Below are positions 26,901 to 39,168 of a DNA stretch of 64,000 nt, piece by piece. The notes beneath the pieces were generated by a model. The model made no database searches. It saw nothing but the letters and a program-made list of their open reading frames with translations, and had not been told where the DNA came from. Positions within the stretch are counted from its first letter, which is position 1; every line of letters starts with the position of its first letter. This stretch comes from Phaeosaccion multiseriatum. Its lineage: Eukaryota > Protista > Ochrophyta, other classes. The stretch lies in the NCBI GenBank assembly GCA_965112735.1, contig OZ218964.1:1178001-1242000 (forward strand), given 5' to 3'. The translations under genes were made by a program, and so were the position numbers.

Positions 26901-28549
26901 CGCCCCCTCCTTCTGCCCCCCCGAGTGTCGATAAGGCACACCGTCGATCAACAGCCGCGCCCCAATGGAGCTCCAACGCTCCCAGGACCATGAATCAAAG
27001 GTAGGGTGTCCGTACTGCGTGACTGGCAGACCGTACGTGAAGAGCACGGTTGAAGGAGCGTGCAGAGAGAAGGACAGCACCTTACCGCCCACCGTGTGCC
27101 ACTCCTCCCGAGGGTCGGACATGAGTACCGGGGTGAGCACGTTCTGGCTGACCATGTCGAAGCGCTCTCCCATGGCCATAAGGACGCGGCTCTGTGCGAA
27201 ACCGTCGAGGAAGGAGGGGCTGTTGCGCCACACTCGCACGTACGAGCCCCACTTCTTCCACTGCAGAGTAACGTTGTGGTCGCCTGCAGGGAGGTTGAGT
27301 ACAAGATCCCTCTCTAGGATGCCGCTGTTCATTTGCTTGCTCATAACGGCGAAGGAGCTCATGGACTCGCGGAAGTGCACGCCGTTGACGAGGAGCCTCG
27401 CGGAGACGTCCTCCATGGGCTGTACCACTGAGAAATGGGAAGGTAGGTAGGTAGGTAGGTAGGTAGGTAGGTAGGTAGGTAGGTAGGTAAAGTAGGTAGG
27501 TAGGTGGGTAGGTAGGTAGGTAGGTAGGTAGGTAGGTAGGTAGGTAGGTAGGTAGGTAGGTAGGATGGTAGGTAGGTAGGTAGGTAGGATGGTAGGTAGG
27601 TAGGTGGGTGGATGGGTGGGTGGGTGGGTATGCAAGAGGTGGGGTGAGGACAAAAAGAGCGGCCTTCTAGCAATCAACACGTCAACAGCCCACAACAAGA
27701 GCAGCAACAAGCGAAGTGAAGGGGGCCACGGAGCAGAGAACCAAGACCAGCGTACGTACCATGTGAGCCGAAGTCCTGATCAGGGCGCACACTCATTGAA
27801 TATAGGATGCGGAGGGAGGCAGCCTCCGCCAACGTGAAGGCCAGGTAGCCCTCCGCCACGTCCTCCCACTCTTCCGTCTGCGATATTCTCGCGTCACTAG
27901 TGGCGTACGAGCTCCACAAGTATCGATGCTGCGCAGTCACCACCACCGACCTTGCCGTGGTGAAGCCGTCGGCGGCCGAGGGTACATTCCTCCAGGAAGT
28001 GACAATGCCATTTCCCGACATTTTCCATTGAAGGGCAATGGTGTGGTTACCTGGACCTAGTCTGGTGACCAAATGTCCTCCGAGTGTATCAACAAAGGCC
28101 CCGTACGGCGTGGCCGGGGACGTGTGTGTGGAGGACTGGCGGAAAGGCACGCCATTTACCATGAGGCGTAGCTGCAAGTAGTCTCTAGTGCCTCCTGTTA
28201 TTTGCTTCTGCGAGAGGAAAGAAGAGCCCGGCTTCTCTGGCTGCATGGCGCTCACCGCCATTGAGTATGACACGAGCACTGTCACCTCATTGTCCACCTC
28301 CATCTCCAGCACGGTGTCTGGCACGTGCGTCCAGTTGCTGCTCCCTACGCCCGGCTCTGGTCGCATAAGCTCCACATCCGTGAGCGGCCTAGCGCTCCAC
28401 ATCAGCCCATCTCTGGAGGTTAGCGACGATCCTGCTCCTGCCCCTGCGATTGCTCCCAGCACCGCAACGGAGAGCAGGAGCACAAGACAAAACAGGGGAG
28501 CCAGCAATAACCGCAGCAGCCCCCCTGTCATGTCTATTCTATTCTTCAT
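1..28549 (-). CDS. Giant secreted/surface IPT/TIG-repeat protein (>9,300 aa, 3' end outside the window); exons 28549-27760, 27427-15371, 15114-<1
   Basis: N-terminal hydrophobic signal peptide ([23 protein letters not shown]). Two phase-1 GT-AG introns (27759-27428, 15370-15115) join the exons in frame (...FGSH-VVQPMED...; ...[11 protein letters not shown]...). Exon 3 is in the same frame at 15112 and at 58, gave IPT-type sequence wherever I spot-translated it, and the ORF track lists no terminated ORF in that frame. Repeats match the IPT/TIG pattern P-x-x-G-x3-GG-T-x-V-x-V-x-G-x-x-F...C-x-FG...C-x-x-P...V-x-VS-x-NG-x-DF...F-x-Y; I count 25 in exon 2 and estimate ~35 more in exon 3. Confidence 0.9.
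7910..8035. repeat. (GAT)n trinucleotide tract encoding a ~40-residue poly-Ser linker in the giant protein
   Basis: Near-pure GAT repeat; the coding frame of exon 3 reads it as TCA codons. Confidence 0.85.
27441..27630. repeat. (TAGG)n tetranucleotide microsatellite in intron 1 of the giant gene
   Basis: Directly visible; it explains the spurious PTYL-repeat N-terminus of ORF 15258..27710. Confidence 0.95.
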
Positions 28550-28562
28550 GTTTATCCTCCGC

Positions 28563-28593
<31 letters not shown>

Positions 28594-28693
28594 ACTGCAA
28601 CTCCTCTAAGGTGGATCTAATTTGCCCCTGTGATTATTGGGGCTTGTGCGCCCTCCCATCTGCCAGAAGCAGCATACTGTTTCTTGCTGCCAC

Positions 28694-28727
<34 letters not shown>

Positions 28728-28898
28728 ATGCTGATGCTGATGCAACAATTTGATGTAGCTACACACCGAAGAGTAGCGGGAGCAGAGGGGGGGAAGTGGA
28801 GGGGGAGGCCTCACCGATTTCGATCCGTTAGGACACCGATACACCTCCAAATATTTAGAGGCATACAGAGAAGGGAGAGAGAGGGGTCATTCATCATC

Positions 28899-29203
28899 AT
28901 GCCTTCTTCCCATGGTTTGACTGAGCTCGACGAAGCCATCCGTTTACACTGTAAGCGAGAGGCTTGCCTCTTTCAAAGATGCATGGCGCGAGCAGAAGCG
29001 GACGAGACCAAGTGCACGTAAGTTCGTAAGGTTTGCTCTTCTGTTCTTTCCCTTCCATGTTCTCGGCTCTGTCTCCGCCCTTCTCCTGACCTCTGCTTTC
29101 CCCTTCCGACTTCTCCCTCTCTCACAGGGCTGTTATGAACCACTGGAAGGAGTGTGCAAGGAAAGTGACAAAGCTGACACAGAAAGAGGAGGGAGAGGGG
29201 TGA
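28899..29203 (+). CDS. CMC4: Small twin CX9C protein, CMC4/MTCP1NB-like (64 aa); exons 28899-29017, 29128-29203
   Basis: Spliced translation MPSSHGLTELDEAIRLHCKREACLFQRCMARAEADETKCTAVMNHWKECARKVTKLTQKEEGEG has C-x9-C-x10-C-x9-C with the extra internal Cys typical of CMC4. The intron has a GTAAGT donor and a polypyrimidine-CAG acceptor. Confidence 0.75.
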
Positions 29204-30254
29204 GGAGCTGGGGTATCGCCCCCCCCACCCGCACTAGACTGAGAGCAGAGTGACACCTACGTATTTTCCAGCTCCCCGTACAGCGCCGCTAGATGGAGTC
29301 GCACCGATCGCGCGCTGCCTGCTTCTGCTGCTGCTGCTGCTGTTGCTCTCTCGAACGCCGATCTGTTGAGCAGCGAGTTGGGCTCTCCAGATGTCCTTCC
29401 CTGAGTATACATCTACCTTTGGGACGGGGAGGGTCACAAACGATCGGGAGAGAGGCTGAAGAACGAGCCACTGCTGCACGCCAGCAATTCAGTACTCCAA
29501 CGTTAGCGACTTGCAATCGGCTGCCAGGTCCTTGAGCTACATTACATGGATGGTCCAGTACCGGTGCCACACTAAGGGAGGTGCTCTTTCTCTCTCTACT
29601 GTCTGAGCAGGGCTTGCTGTGATCGACCCCTGAACTGACCACGGCTCTGTGTGCCGCCGAGACGGAGCTACGATGAGTGAAGACGGGCATGTGGGTAAGG
29701 AGCTCCACCCGTCGTCTCGGGACGTGTAGCGAACAAGCGGAACTCGACGGAACGGCAGCAACGGGGTATGGAGACATCGAAATGACGAGGATCGATTCGA
29801 TACGGAGCCTCGGGATTGGGCGAGGACCTCCCACCTCCGCCCCTCTGGGTGGGGGGCGCCCATCGCTACTACAGAGCGGTGCCCTTGAGGGTCATGCGTG
29901 ATTGCTTTCGAATAGGCTGGCAACCGATGGCCTGCCGCCGCGGGTGAAGGAGAAGAGGACTCGGGGAACGAAGAGAGAGAGAGAGAGAATGGGAGAGAGA
30001 GAGAGAGAGAAAGGAGAAAGAAGGAGTGGGGCGGAAAGAGAGGAGAATGGAAGAGCACACGATGGTGTAGCAGAGGATGGGGCAGAAAGAGGGCAGAAAG
30101 AGGGCGTTTGCACTTGGCTGCTTGCTGTTCCGGGTGCTGCTTGCTGCGGCAACAAGCGGTTTCAATTCACAAGTGATGCAAGAGGAAGAATAGATTACTT
30201 CAAGGAGCGACGTTCGCGGCTCTTTTTGTACCTGTATCATAAAGAAACACCCCT

Positions 30255-30345
30255 CTATATATATTATATATATAATATATATTTATAAGAATATACTTCG
30301 AGTATATATATAATTATTTTTTATATATATATATATGTATACATG
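30255..30345. other. AT-rich (TA)n-like island, intergenic
   Basis: About 90 bp almost without G/C in a GC-rich background, downstream of the minus-strand hypothetical gene. Confidence 0.7.
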
Positions 30346-30910
30346 GGTGCGTCTTATGGTTAGACAAGGGTGAATTTGCCCATCGTGCCTCCCCTCCCCT
30401 CGCGTCCGTCAAGAGGACAGACTCTTTCCGAGTACTTACAGTAAGAAAAGCTTACAAATGCTGCGTGCTCACAGATCACCATCCTACCATCACCCCTACT
30501 GTCTGAGAGAGGCCACATGATGCAGCGATTTCAATGGGTATTGAGTAATAGCCGTCGTAGCACGTGCCCGGACCCCAAACCATTCGCAGGAGGCGATAAG
30601 GAGCGTCCAGTGATGGCTGCTGAGGTGCCAATGGTCAAGCCGAAGAGCTAGTCTAACAATGCCTAATGTAGGGGTGAACACCCAGTAGTCTAATGTAGGG
30701 GTTAACTCCGATGGGCGTGCATTTATCACACGCGGACAGAGCGGGAAGTGTTCGACCCTAGCCTCCTCCTCTTCCTCCTCCTCCGCCACCTGCTGCTGCT
30801 AACTGCTGCTACTGTATGACCAACTGCTGCGGCTGCTGCTGCTCATGCCTGGCGTGCTCGCTCCTTCGTCGGAGAGCCTTCGCTCGGCCTCAGAGGACTC
30901 TCACGCCACG

Positions 30911-31350
30911 TCACTCAACACAACCAGCCTCAGAGCGCCGAGGATGAGGAGACGCTTCCTGTCGAGGGGGAGGAGGAGGAGGGGGAGGAGGACAAGTCGG
31001 GGGTGGAGGGGCGGCGGCGACGGGACAGCTCAAAGCAGCAGCCGGCTTGCCAGTGCTAGCGGTGGGCACTCCTGCGGCACCGACGATGGCTCGAGTCAGC
31101 TTCTTGTGCGCCTGCAGAGCCTCTGCTTCGAGCAGCGAAGGCCGTCGGGCCGCCGTACCTCGGCCTCTCATCGCGGCAGCCGCAGGGATACTCTCCGATT
31201 CACTCTCCTCCCCCTCGCCCCCCCACTCCATCCTCTGCTGCAGCTGCTCTCCGGGAAGGGTCAAGGCCAGGCCCAGGGGGGGGCGGTGCGCGTCGTTGCT
31301 GCCCCCTCGGGGCTTGTTGTTCTCTAGCCTACTCTTACTCTGCTGAGTGC

Positions 31351-31387
<37 letters not shown>

Positions 31388-33655
31388 CGGTTTGGGGTGA
31401 AGCGTCTTGGCCTTAAGGTAGTCTTTTCTCATGCGCTCCCGACTGGTCTGCTCACGATCGGCACGCTGCAGCGCCATGCTCAGTTGGAAATCGTCTCTCC
31501 ACGTGGTGTGATGAACATGCCCCACCTTCCAGGAGGAAACGGCACCAAGACATTTGAGCCACAAGAGGGAGAGAGACAGAGAGAGGAGCGGCAGAGGGAG
31601 GGGTGGTGGAGAGGAGGCTCTTAGAGAAGGAAGGACATTGTTTAGGAGAGTCTTGAGCAAAAGCGGATCGATTCAGAAACTAGTTCCTCCCTCCCTCCCT
31701 CCCTCCCTCCCTCCCTCCCTCCCTCCCTCTCTCTCGTTCTCTCCAACTTCCCTCTCTCCCTCTTCCTTCTCCTCTGCCTCCTGCTATTCCTCTCCTCCAG
31801 CACCCCTCGGACTGGGACCCTCTGCTCTTGGCTCGCGCACCTGGAAAGCCTTGGCATCGGCTCTTAGCGAGTGCGCCTCACAGAGGAAGATGGCCCTCTC
31901 CACTGCAGCCCCATTCCTGCCGCAGTCCGCCAGCTCGGCCAAAGTGTGGTCTCGGCGCTCCTCTCTGCCGGGAGGGGGGGGGGGGGTACGGGAGGGGGCA
32001 GGAAGAAGCGAGGGGAGGGAGAGACCACGTCAAACGACACACAAAAGCGCATACATACATACACACACACGCACGCACGCACACACACACATATACACAC
32101 ACACGCACGCACACACACTCACACACACACATACACACACACGTGTGTGTGGTAGCGCTGGATGCTGAGTGCCGCGCTTGTCGACCGGTACCCATACCGA
32201 AGCTTGCCATGCCCTTTGCCATGCCCTGCTGTGCGACTCCCCACCCCCTCCCTCCCGCCCCTCCCTCCCGCCGCTCCTCACCTAAGAACCTTGGCCTCCT
32301 TGGCCCTCTTTAAGAAGCCCTGCACTCCCTTGACCTGATCCAACCCCGCCTCATCACGATACGGGTCTCTCGCCAGGCGACGGATCTCCGCTGTCCTCTC
32401 TTGCTCCTGCTGCAGAAGGCTTGGACGACGGACCCCAGTTCCTATCCGCACGCTGCCGGTTCCAACACTTGGGTCTCCTCCCCCCCATCCTCCTCGCCAT
32501 TCTGTTAGGTCCAGGCTGCGAGTGGGCGAGGAGGGGCAGGGGCGTGGGAAGTAGGCTCCCGAACAGAAGGGCTCGGGACCATGTGCCTGTGTTGGTCGGG
32601 TGCGCTTCACGTGAGCAAAGCTCCACAGCCCTTTGCTTGTGGGCCCCACGTTATCAGGGCATAGACGATTCTGAGGAGACCGGGGCATACATCGGCCCTG
32701 TCTGACCGCCTGCTTGTGCTGGTTTCCACCTTTCCCAGCCGTTGCAGGCCCAGCCCGGCCTTCTTTCGTCGCCTCCCTCCTACTGCTGCGGCTGGCGTGG
32801 CCAAGGCTTTTCTGACCCCCGCCTGCCCCCTCGCCCTGCTGCTGCTGCTGCTGCTGCTGCTGCCGCCGGCACTGGTGCTGCTCCTGTGCTACAGAGGCCG
32901 CCACCTGCTCTGAGCGTGCCTCCTCTCGGCGGCGTGGGTTGTATTTCTGCTGCATATGCCGGAATTGTTTGCGCAGCTTTTCATGCTGTCGCTGCTGCCG
33001 CTGCTTCTGCGATCGCCGCTGCTGGCGCTCATCCCCCTCCTGAGGTTCGCACTGGTGGTGGTGCGGCTCCTGCTGGGCCAAATGCCCTTGCTGCAGCTGA
33101 GTTTGACGCCGCTTGGATCTGCTGAACCGATCTGGTGTGTAGGATGTGCTCGAGAAGTGCGACGGACTCGTGTGCACAGTATTGGCCGTGGTGCGGCTGC
33201 TTGCACTAGGAGAGCGATCATGTCCTGTTGTTGCCACTGCTGCTGCTGCTGCTGCTACTGCAGAGGAGTATGCTGGACCTCCTCCTATTGTCATATGATA
33301 AGTGGCAGAGGCCGGTAAGGGCCCTGTGTACACGCCTAAAGACACATCCTGGTCCTGCTGGGCCCAAGCATGCTCTGCTGGCTCCGCTTGGTCCACTGGT
33401 AGTGCCTCCACGTTCAAGCTGAGAGGGGCCGCAGCGCCAGGCGCGGTAGTGCAGTATTCCTCCTCCTCCTCCTCCTGCGGCTCATGGTGCCGCTGCTCCT
33501 CCTCCTCCTGCTGCTGCTGCTGCTCGTGTCCCCGATGACTTTGTCGCAAGAGGCTGAGATACTCTTGTGAATGCTTCACGGGCTGGTGCCATTCCTCCTC
33601 GTGGTACTCCTGATACTCGTCGAGAGGTGAGGGAACAGACGGCGGCGGCTGCTGC

Positions 33656-33721
<66 letters not shown>

Positions 33722-34507
33722 TGCTGCTGTTCGTCATGGTGGCTCTGTCGTCCACATCCCTCTATTCCCTCGTCTTCTTGTATTCCCTCGTCTTCTTGTA
33801 TGCGTGATCGCTCGTTCCTCACCGCCATTCCTTCCTCTTCTTGCCCCTTCGCATGCTCCTCCTCTCCCATGACTGAGCATCCCTTCTCGCACGGCCTCTC
33901 GGCCCCGGCGCAAAGGTTTTCTCCAGGAGAGTAGAGTCGTTTCGCTGACGTTTCTGTTTGAGATTGCCCATCCACACTACGGGAAGGCGTTCGATCATCT
34001 GACACCGCTACCGCCGCCCTGAGAAAGGGGTGCTCTACCCGCCTCCTCCTTCTCCTTGTTGGCTTCAAATCTCGCCCGCCCTTTGCTTCCCCATTCAATT
34101 CCTCGGGCTCCAACGTGTCCTCTTTCTGTGTATGGATTGGGGAGGGGGTGCGGAGGAGCAGAGATTTTGAAGGCAAGGCCGTACATACCCACAGTCTTTT
34201 CGTTCCTCTTCAAAAGGCGTAGTGCACCCACCTGCTGGACTTCGGCCCATGAAAGGGAGAGTTGGTTGGCCGACAACTCGGACGGAGGAAGCTCGCCAGC
34301 AGATGGCGAACCTCTTCCGCCACTCCCGTCTCCAGCGTTCTCCTTGAGGAAAACCTTGCTCACTCTCCTCGCCTCCTTAATGAGTTGAGAGAGACGAGGG
34401 CTCAGCTCAGGCTCCGGGAGGGAGAACATTCCTCCATCCCCACTGCCACCGTCACTTTCACTGTCACACCTAGGAGAAGCCGGAGAGAATAGGTTGCTGC
34501 TCGCCAT
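30911..34507 (-). CDS. Hypothetical multi-exon Q/E-rich low-complexity protein (exons approx. 34507-34193, 34125-32282, one or two small exons in 32230-31841, ~31525-30911)
   Basis: Chained ORFs 33995..34507, 32278..34176 and 30911..31660 with plausible GT-AG junctions (in-frame intron 34192-34126) and poly-Q/E tracts like those in neighbouring genes. No recognisable domain; 3' exon structure uncertain. Confidence 0.55.
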
Positions 34508-34766
34508 TTTTTCCTTCCCTGTGTGATTGATTAATCACAGCCGGCACTGACGCCTTCCTCTAAGGTTTACCTCTCCCATCGAAGACGCTACAGCTGCAGT
34601 CCAGAAGAGCCATCCTAGACCAGACCAGAAGAAGGCAGGAGGGGGAAAGCCCACTCTTCCGAGAGAACAAAATAGGAGTGCCCCCGAGCGGGGGGGGGCT
34701 AACGGAAAGTAGTAAGTCAGCAATTGTTGACTTACTCGATTTTTAACCTTGCTATCCCAAACCCTC

Positions 34767-37700
34767 ATGTCTCCAGCGGCGGCAATAGCCGGCGAGGTAT
34801 ATCAACCGAGCGCAGAGGTACGATTGAAAACGAGGTGGCTCCCTGACGAGAAGCCTACCTGCCCTCCTCCTCACACGCACCTGCATTACGTTTCCCCCCA
34901 ATGCTCTCCAGGCCCCCAAGGTGCCCCACGACTTTGTTGCTGGAGAGGAGGAGTCTCTCCGCCGAGAGCGTAGACTCGCGAGCAAGTGGTGCAAAGATGA
35001 GCTCGACGCGTGGTTCAAAGTCGCGCTATTGGAGGCCTACGACGACACGCTGCAGGAGATGGCGGCCTACTTTAGGCAAAGCTACGACCCCCGCCAAGCC
35101 GACGGGCTGAATGGGGCCCTTCCTTGGATATTTGCGAGCCATGGTGGCATCCCTACGGCGCTGCTACGCTCCTGTTTGCACGTCTCTGCCAGCGTCGAGG
35201 CGCGGATTGTCTGCGACTCGCTCGCACAGATGTGGTGAGCAACGCAGCAGGCCTTGGGCATGCCTCCGTTATGGTCATGCTTGAGCAGCCGCAGCCGTGC
35301 CTCCCCGCCTAATACCATGATACCATGTGTTCGACCCACTCGACCTTCCTGTGCCTGACACCCTCCATGGATTTCCCCCACCTCCCCGCCCCCCATATGC
35401 GCTACTGCTGCAGTGGGATTGAAGGCAGGGCCGCGTCTGTCATTGTCCTCGAGCCTCGCAAATGCAGCACCCTGGCTGCAGCGATCTCTTCTCTGATGGA
35501 GCAGGTATGATAAGGGAGGCCAGAGGGGAAGGAGGGAGGCAGGGAGGCAGGGAGGCAGGGAGGAGGGCAGCACGGCCCCTTTCTCACAGTCCATACCATG
35601 TCGTTGGGCCCGAGGGAGGGTGGGGGTTGGGAGGGAGGTTCCCAATAGGGAACCTTACATTCCATTCTTCTGGACATCCGATTAGAGCGGTCAAATTGAC
35701 TCAAAAGATCCGTTCTACCAATGCCCCTTGCCCCCCCCTATGGACTAGTGCTTGTCCATTGGCGGCTCTCGCCCCTGGCGGCCTCTGCCGGCAGATGCGC
35801 TGCAAGAATGGTACGCCTCCCTCCCCCCCCACAGACAGGGGCTCCTTGTTATCGTCGTGGAGCATGTGGAGGCGTTCAACAAGACGGTGCTGGAGGGGCT
35901 ACTCTCGGCGCTGGGAGAGTGCGCAGAGGCCACTGGCGAGGCCATGGAAGCGGCAGTTGGTGATACTGCAGCATTGGCGACAGCGGGAGCAGGAGGAGCA
36001 AGAGCAGGAGGAGAAGGAGCAGGAAGAGGAAGAGGAGGACAGTTGGAAGGGGTGGCAAAGAGCAAGCACCAGGACGCGCTCTTCAAGCTGGGCCTGGTGG
36101 TGCAGGTGACAGAGACAACAGGGCTGCCCGTTAGCTTACTCTCCAGGCAGGCTGTGTCTCGCCTACTGATCCAGGTGTGTTGAAGGAGGCGAAAGGGTAT
36201 GGAGACCGGGGAGGGGTCACGGAGGAATAGGGCCCAGTGAGGAGGAGGGTGTCAAGGGTGTCAAATGGATTGGTGCCCGCAACCCCCCTGCTGGCGTTTC
36301 TCACCCTCCAACTCCCGGCCTGTTTTGCTCTTCCCTTTATCCTCGACCAAAACCCCGCATCCACCGAACCACCCCCGCACCCCCGCCAGTCTTTCACGAG
36401 CCCGTCCAGTGCCATCTGCCTGGAAGAGGTGGTGGAGGTGCTCTTTGTGCAGGGCCACTTCCCTATTGAACTCGAGGCGAGGGTGGTGCGGTGGCTGCTG
36501 CGGGCCTTTGCGGAGAGTTACAATTCGCCCGTGCTGAGTCTTCTTCGCCATTTGCACTTCATCCTGGATGACCACTTTAGGCTGCCGTACAGCCACATGG
36601 CACTCATCCACTTCAAGAGCTACGAGGCCTTCCACGCACAGCACGAGCAGCTCAAGACCCCATATGCCTCCACAATATCCTCCTCCTCCTCCTCCTCCTC
36701 CTCCGTCCCCTCCCCCCACCCCCCACACACTCTCTCCACCTCTCCCCCCACCCCCTCTGCCTCCTCTCCCTCCTGCCCCCCATCTTCCTCCTCCTCCGTC
36801 GTTCCCCTCTCTTGTGCCCCCCCGACCGCCTCTCCTACCTCCTCCGCCACACCCTCCTCACTCGACCGGCACCTGTATCTCTACAACGTCTTTCTGGACC
36901 GTCGCCCACTGTGGCTGCTCCGACAGATATTGCCGTCGGTAAACCAAGGCTTTGAGAAGAGCTGCCGCATCAATGCAACTGCCATATCACCAACTGTCGC
37001 CGGTGAGGGTGGGAGGGGTGATAGCGGTGGCAATGGCGGCGAGAGCGAAGGCGGAAGCCCCCCCGCTGCCACCTCCTCGCCTCGACGACGACAGCGAGGG
37101 GGGGGCAAGCGAAAGCGAGGAGCAGGAGGAGCAGGAGGAGGAGCAAAACAAGGCTCTCTCCCCACCAGTCCTCCTTCCTTCCTTCCGGCGATGGTGGCGG
37201 GGAGGGTGTTGTACCCATTGACCAAGAAGTGGACCAACAACATGCTGCACCAGAGGGCCAGGCGGCGACTGGCCTTGGCGTGGTTCGCGGCAGTGTGGAG
37301 CAAAGTAGACAGCTCTCCAGCGGGGGTTGCGGCAGCTGGCGTGGCCGCTGCCAAGAGAAGGAATGTCTCTTCCTCCTTTGCCCTGCAGCAGCAGCTGCTG
37401 CACGAGCCCGAGGCTTCCGTGGTGGATCAAAGTCTCGGCCCCAAGGCCAGCCTGTGGAAAGAGTTTGCAGAGGGGGATGAGGCGTTTAACGAGAAGGTGG
37501 AGCTTGCCGTGCAAGAGGTATTCACACTGCCCACGGACGACATTCTCGATCTGTTGGAGCTGCTGTGCGACTTGGTCTTTGTAAGTAACGGACGCAACGG
37601 ACGCAGCAACAACAGTAGCAACAACAGCAACAACAGCAACAACAACAACAACAACAACAACAATGGCAGCAGCAGCAGCAGCAGCAGCAGCAGGACTAGT

Positions 37701-38849
37701 GGTAGTAGTAGTAAAAGGAGCAACTCAGGTGCTGATGCTGCTTTCAGGAGAGATGGCCAAGGCAGCGAAGAACAAGAAGAACAAGAACAAGGGAGAGACT
37801 TGCAGGAGGGGCTGGACTCATGCATCGGGCACGGCCTGGAGAGCTCCTTTCGAAGGGCCATCTACGAGGAGAGCTGGCGGCTCATGGGATGCTGTGGGGG
37901 GCGAGGGCGCAGGAGGGCAACGAAGGCCAAGAGGAAACACGACAGGAGGGAGGAGGAGGGGGAGGAGGAGGAGGAGGGAGAGGAAGAGGAGGAAGGTGTG
38001 ATTTCTCGGTCTACGCACGATCTGGAGCTTGACCTCCAGACGCTCGTCCTTCAGGTGGTGGTCCATCGAGCTCCACCGGTGGGAGCAGCAGCAGCACCAG
38101 CAGCAGCAGCACCAGCACCAGCAGTTGGTGATACAGCAGCAGGAGCAACAGCAGCAGTTGGTGATAGAGCAGCAGGAGGAGAGTGTGTGTCGCTGGCAGA
38201 AGCGGCGGCGGGGGGGGGGCTGCCTCGCCTTCCCATGCATGAACTCTTTGTGTACACGCGCAGCCCAGATCGATTGGAGCAGGCTTTCCGTCCGAATCAG
38301 AGGGCGAGTTTGAAGCGGCAACTCACAGAGGACAGCAAGAAGGTCTTTGGGGGAGCGGGTGATGATGCATCAGTGGTGTTCGGTCTTGTGTGGGCCCAGC
38401 AGGGCTGGGGTATGAATACCATGGAGTGCTTTCTGGGCTTCACGAGGGCTGTGAGCGAGGGAGAGAGGCAGCGGAGGCAATTGAGGCGTTTGCAGCGGCA
38501 GAAGCACAAGCAGGAGCTGAAGCTGCCGCAAACCAAGAGGCGGAAAGATGGCGGGGGTGGGCGGAAGAAGGCGAGGAGCGGCTCTAGTTCCTCCTCCGCT
38601 GCCGGCGCTGAAGCTGAAACCCAAACTCCAGCTCAAGCCGTTGCCACCGAGGAGGGTGAAGGGGGATGTGAAGGGGAGGATGAGGAGGTTGAAGAGAGTG
38701 ACGAGGAGAGGGATGGCGATGGGGGGGATGACATGGTGAACCCTCAGAGGTGGGCTCGCTTCCATCGCGCCACGGAATCCCTGTGCGCCAGAGGCTTTGT
38801 CAGGCTCAGTGGGAAGCACCTGACCCGCCAGGTGTTCGCATACATGTAG
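34767..38849 (+). CDS. ORC3: Origin recognition complex subunit 3; exons 34767-34817, 34921-35234, 35414-35504, 35749-36174, 36390-38849
   Basis: ORC3-like motifs in the expected order: IPTALL, LQEWY...LLVIVVEHVEAFNKTVLEGLL, LHFILDDHFRLPYS, and C-terminal winged-helix ARFHRATESLCARGFV. All four GT-AG introns keep the frame. Confidence 0.8.
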
Positions 38850-38994
38850 GCAGAACGGACCCCGACCTTAAGCCAAAGCCGACCAAGGCAGATACGTAAG
38901 ATTTCGTCGCCGATTGGCTTCGTCACAGCCCCTCTCTACTCGCTCGCTCACTCACTGTCTGCTCCCTATACTTTGATCAGGGGGGTGACTTAAC

Positions 38995-39062
38995 TTTAAT
39001 TTTATTTTATTCCTTTTTGTTTTCCTTACACTATTCTCAAATTATAAGTTTTACTAACATAA
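38995..39062. terminator. AT-rich putative 3'-end/polyadenylation region between convergent ORC3 and histidine kinase genes
   Basis: T/A-rich stretch (ttttattttatt, i.e. AATAAA on the minus strand) between the two stop codons. Confidence 0.4.
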
Positions 39063-39168
39063 ACGAGGACATCACCAAAGACACACACTTTGTGTGTGAG
39101 TGTGTGTGTGTGTGTGTGGCGCCCTTTCCCCCTGTGGTCAGTTCTCCCTCCTCAAACCTGCACAGTCC

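Noticed and set aside
27428-27710. PTYL-repeat N-terminus of the 4150-aa ORF
   Set aside because: It is intron 1 microsatellite sequence read through in frame.
29234-30240. Possible additional minus-strand gene
   Set aside because: Some splice-like signals exist, but I could not build a coherent ORF or recognise a protein; left unannotated.
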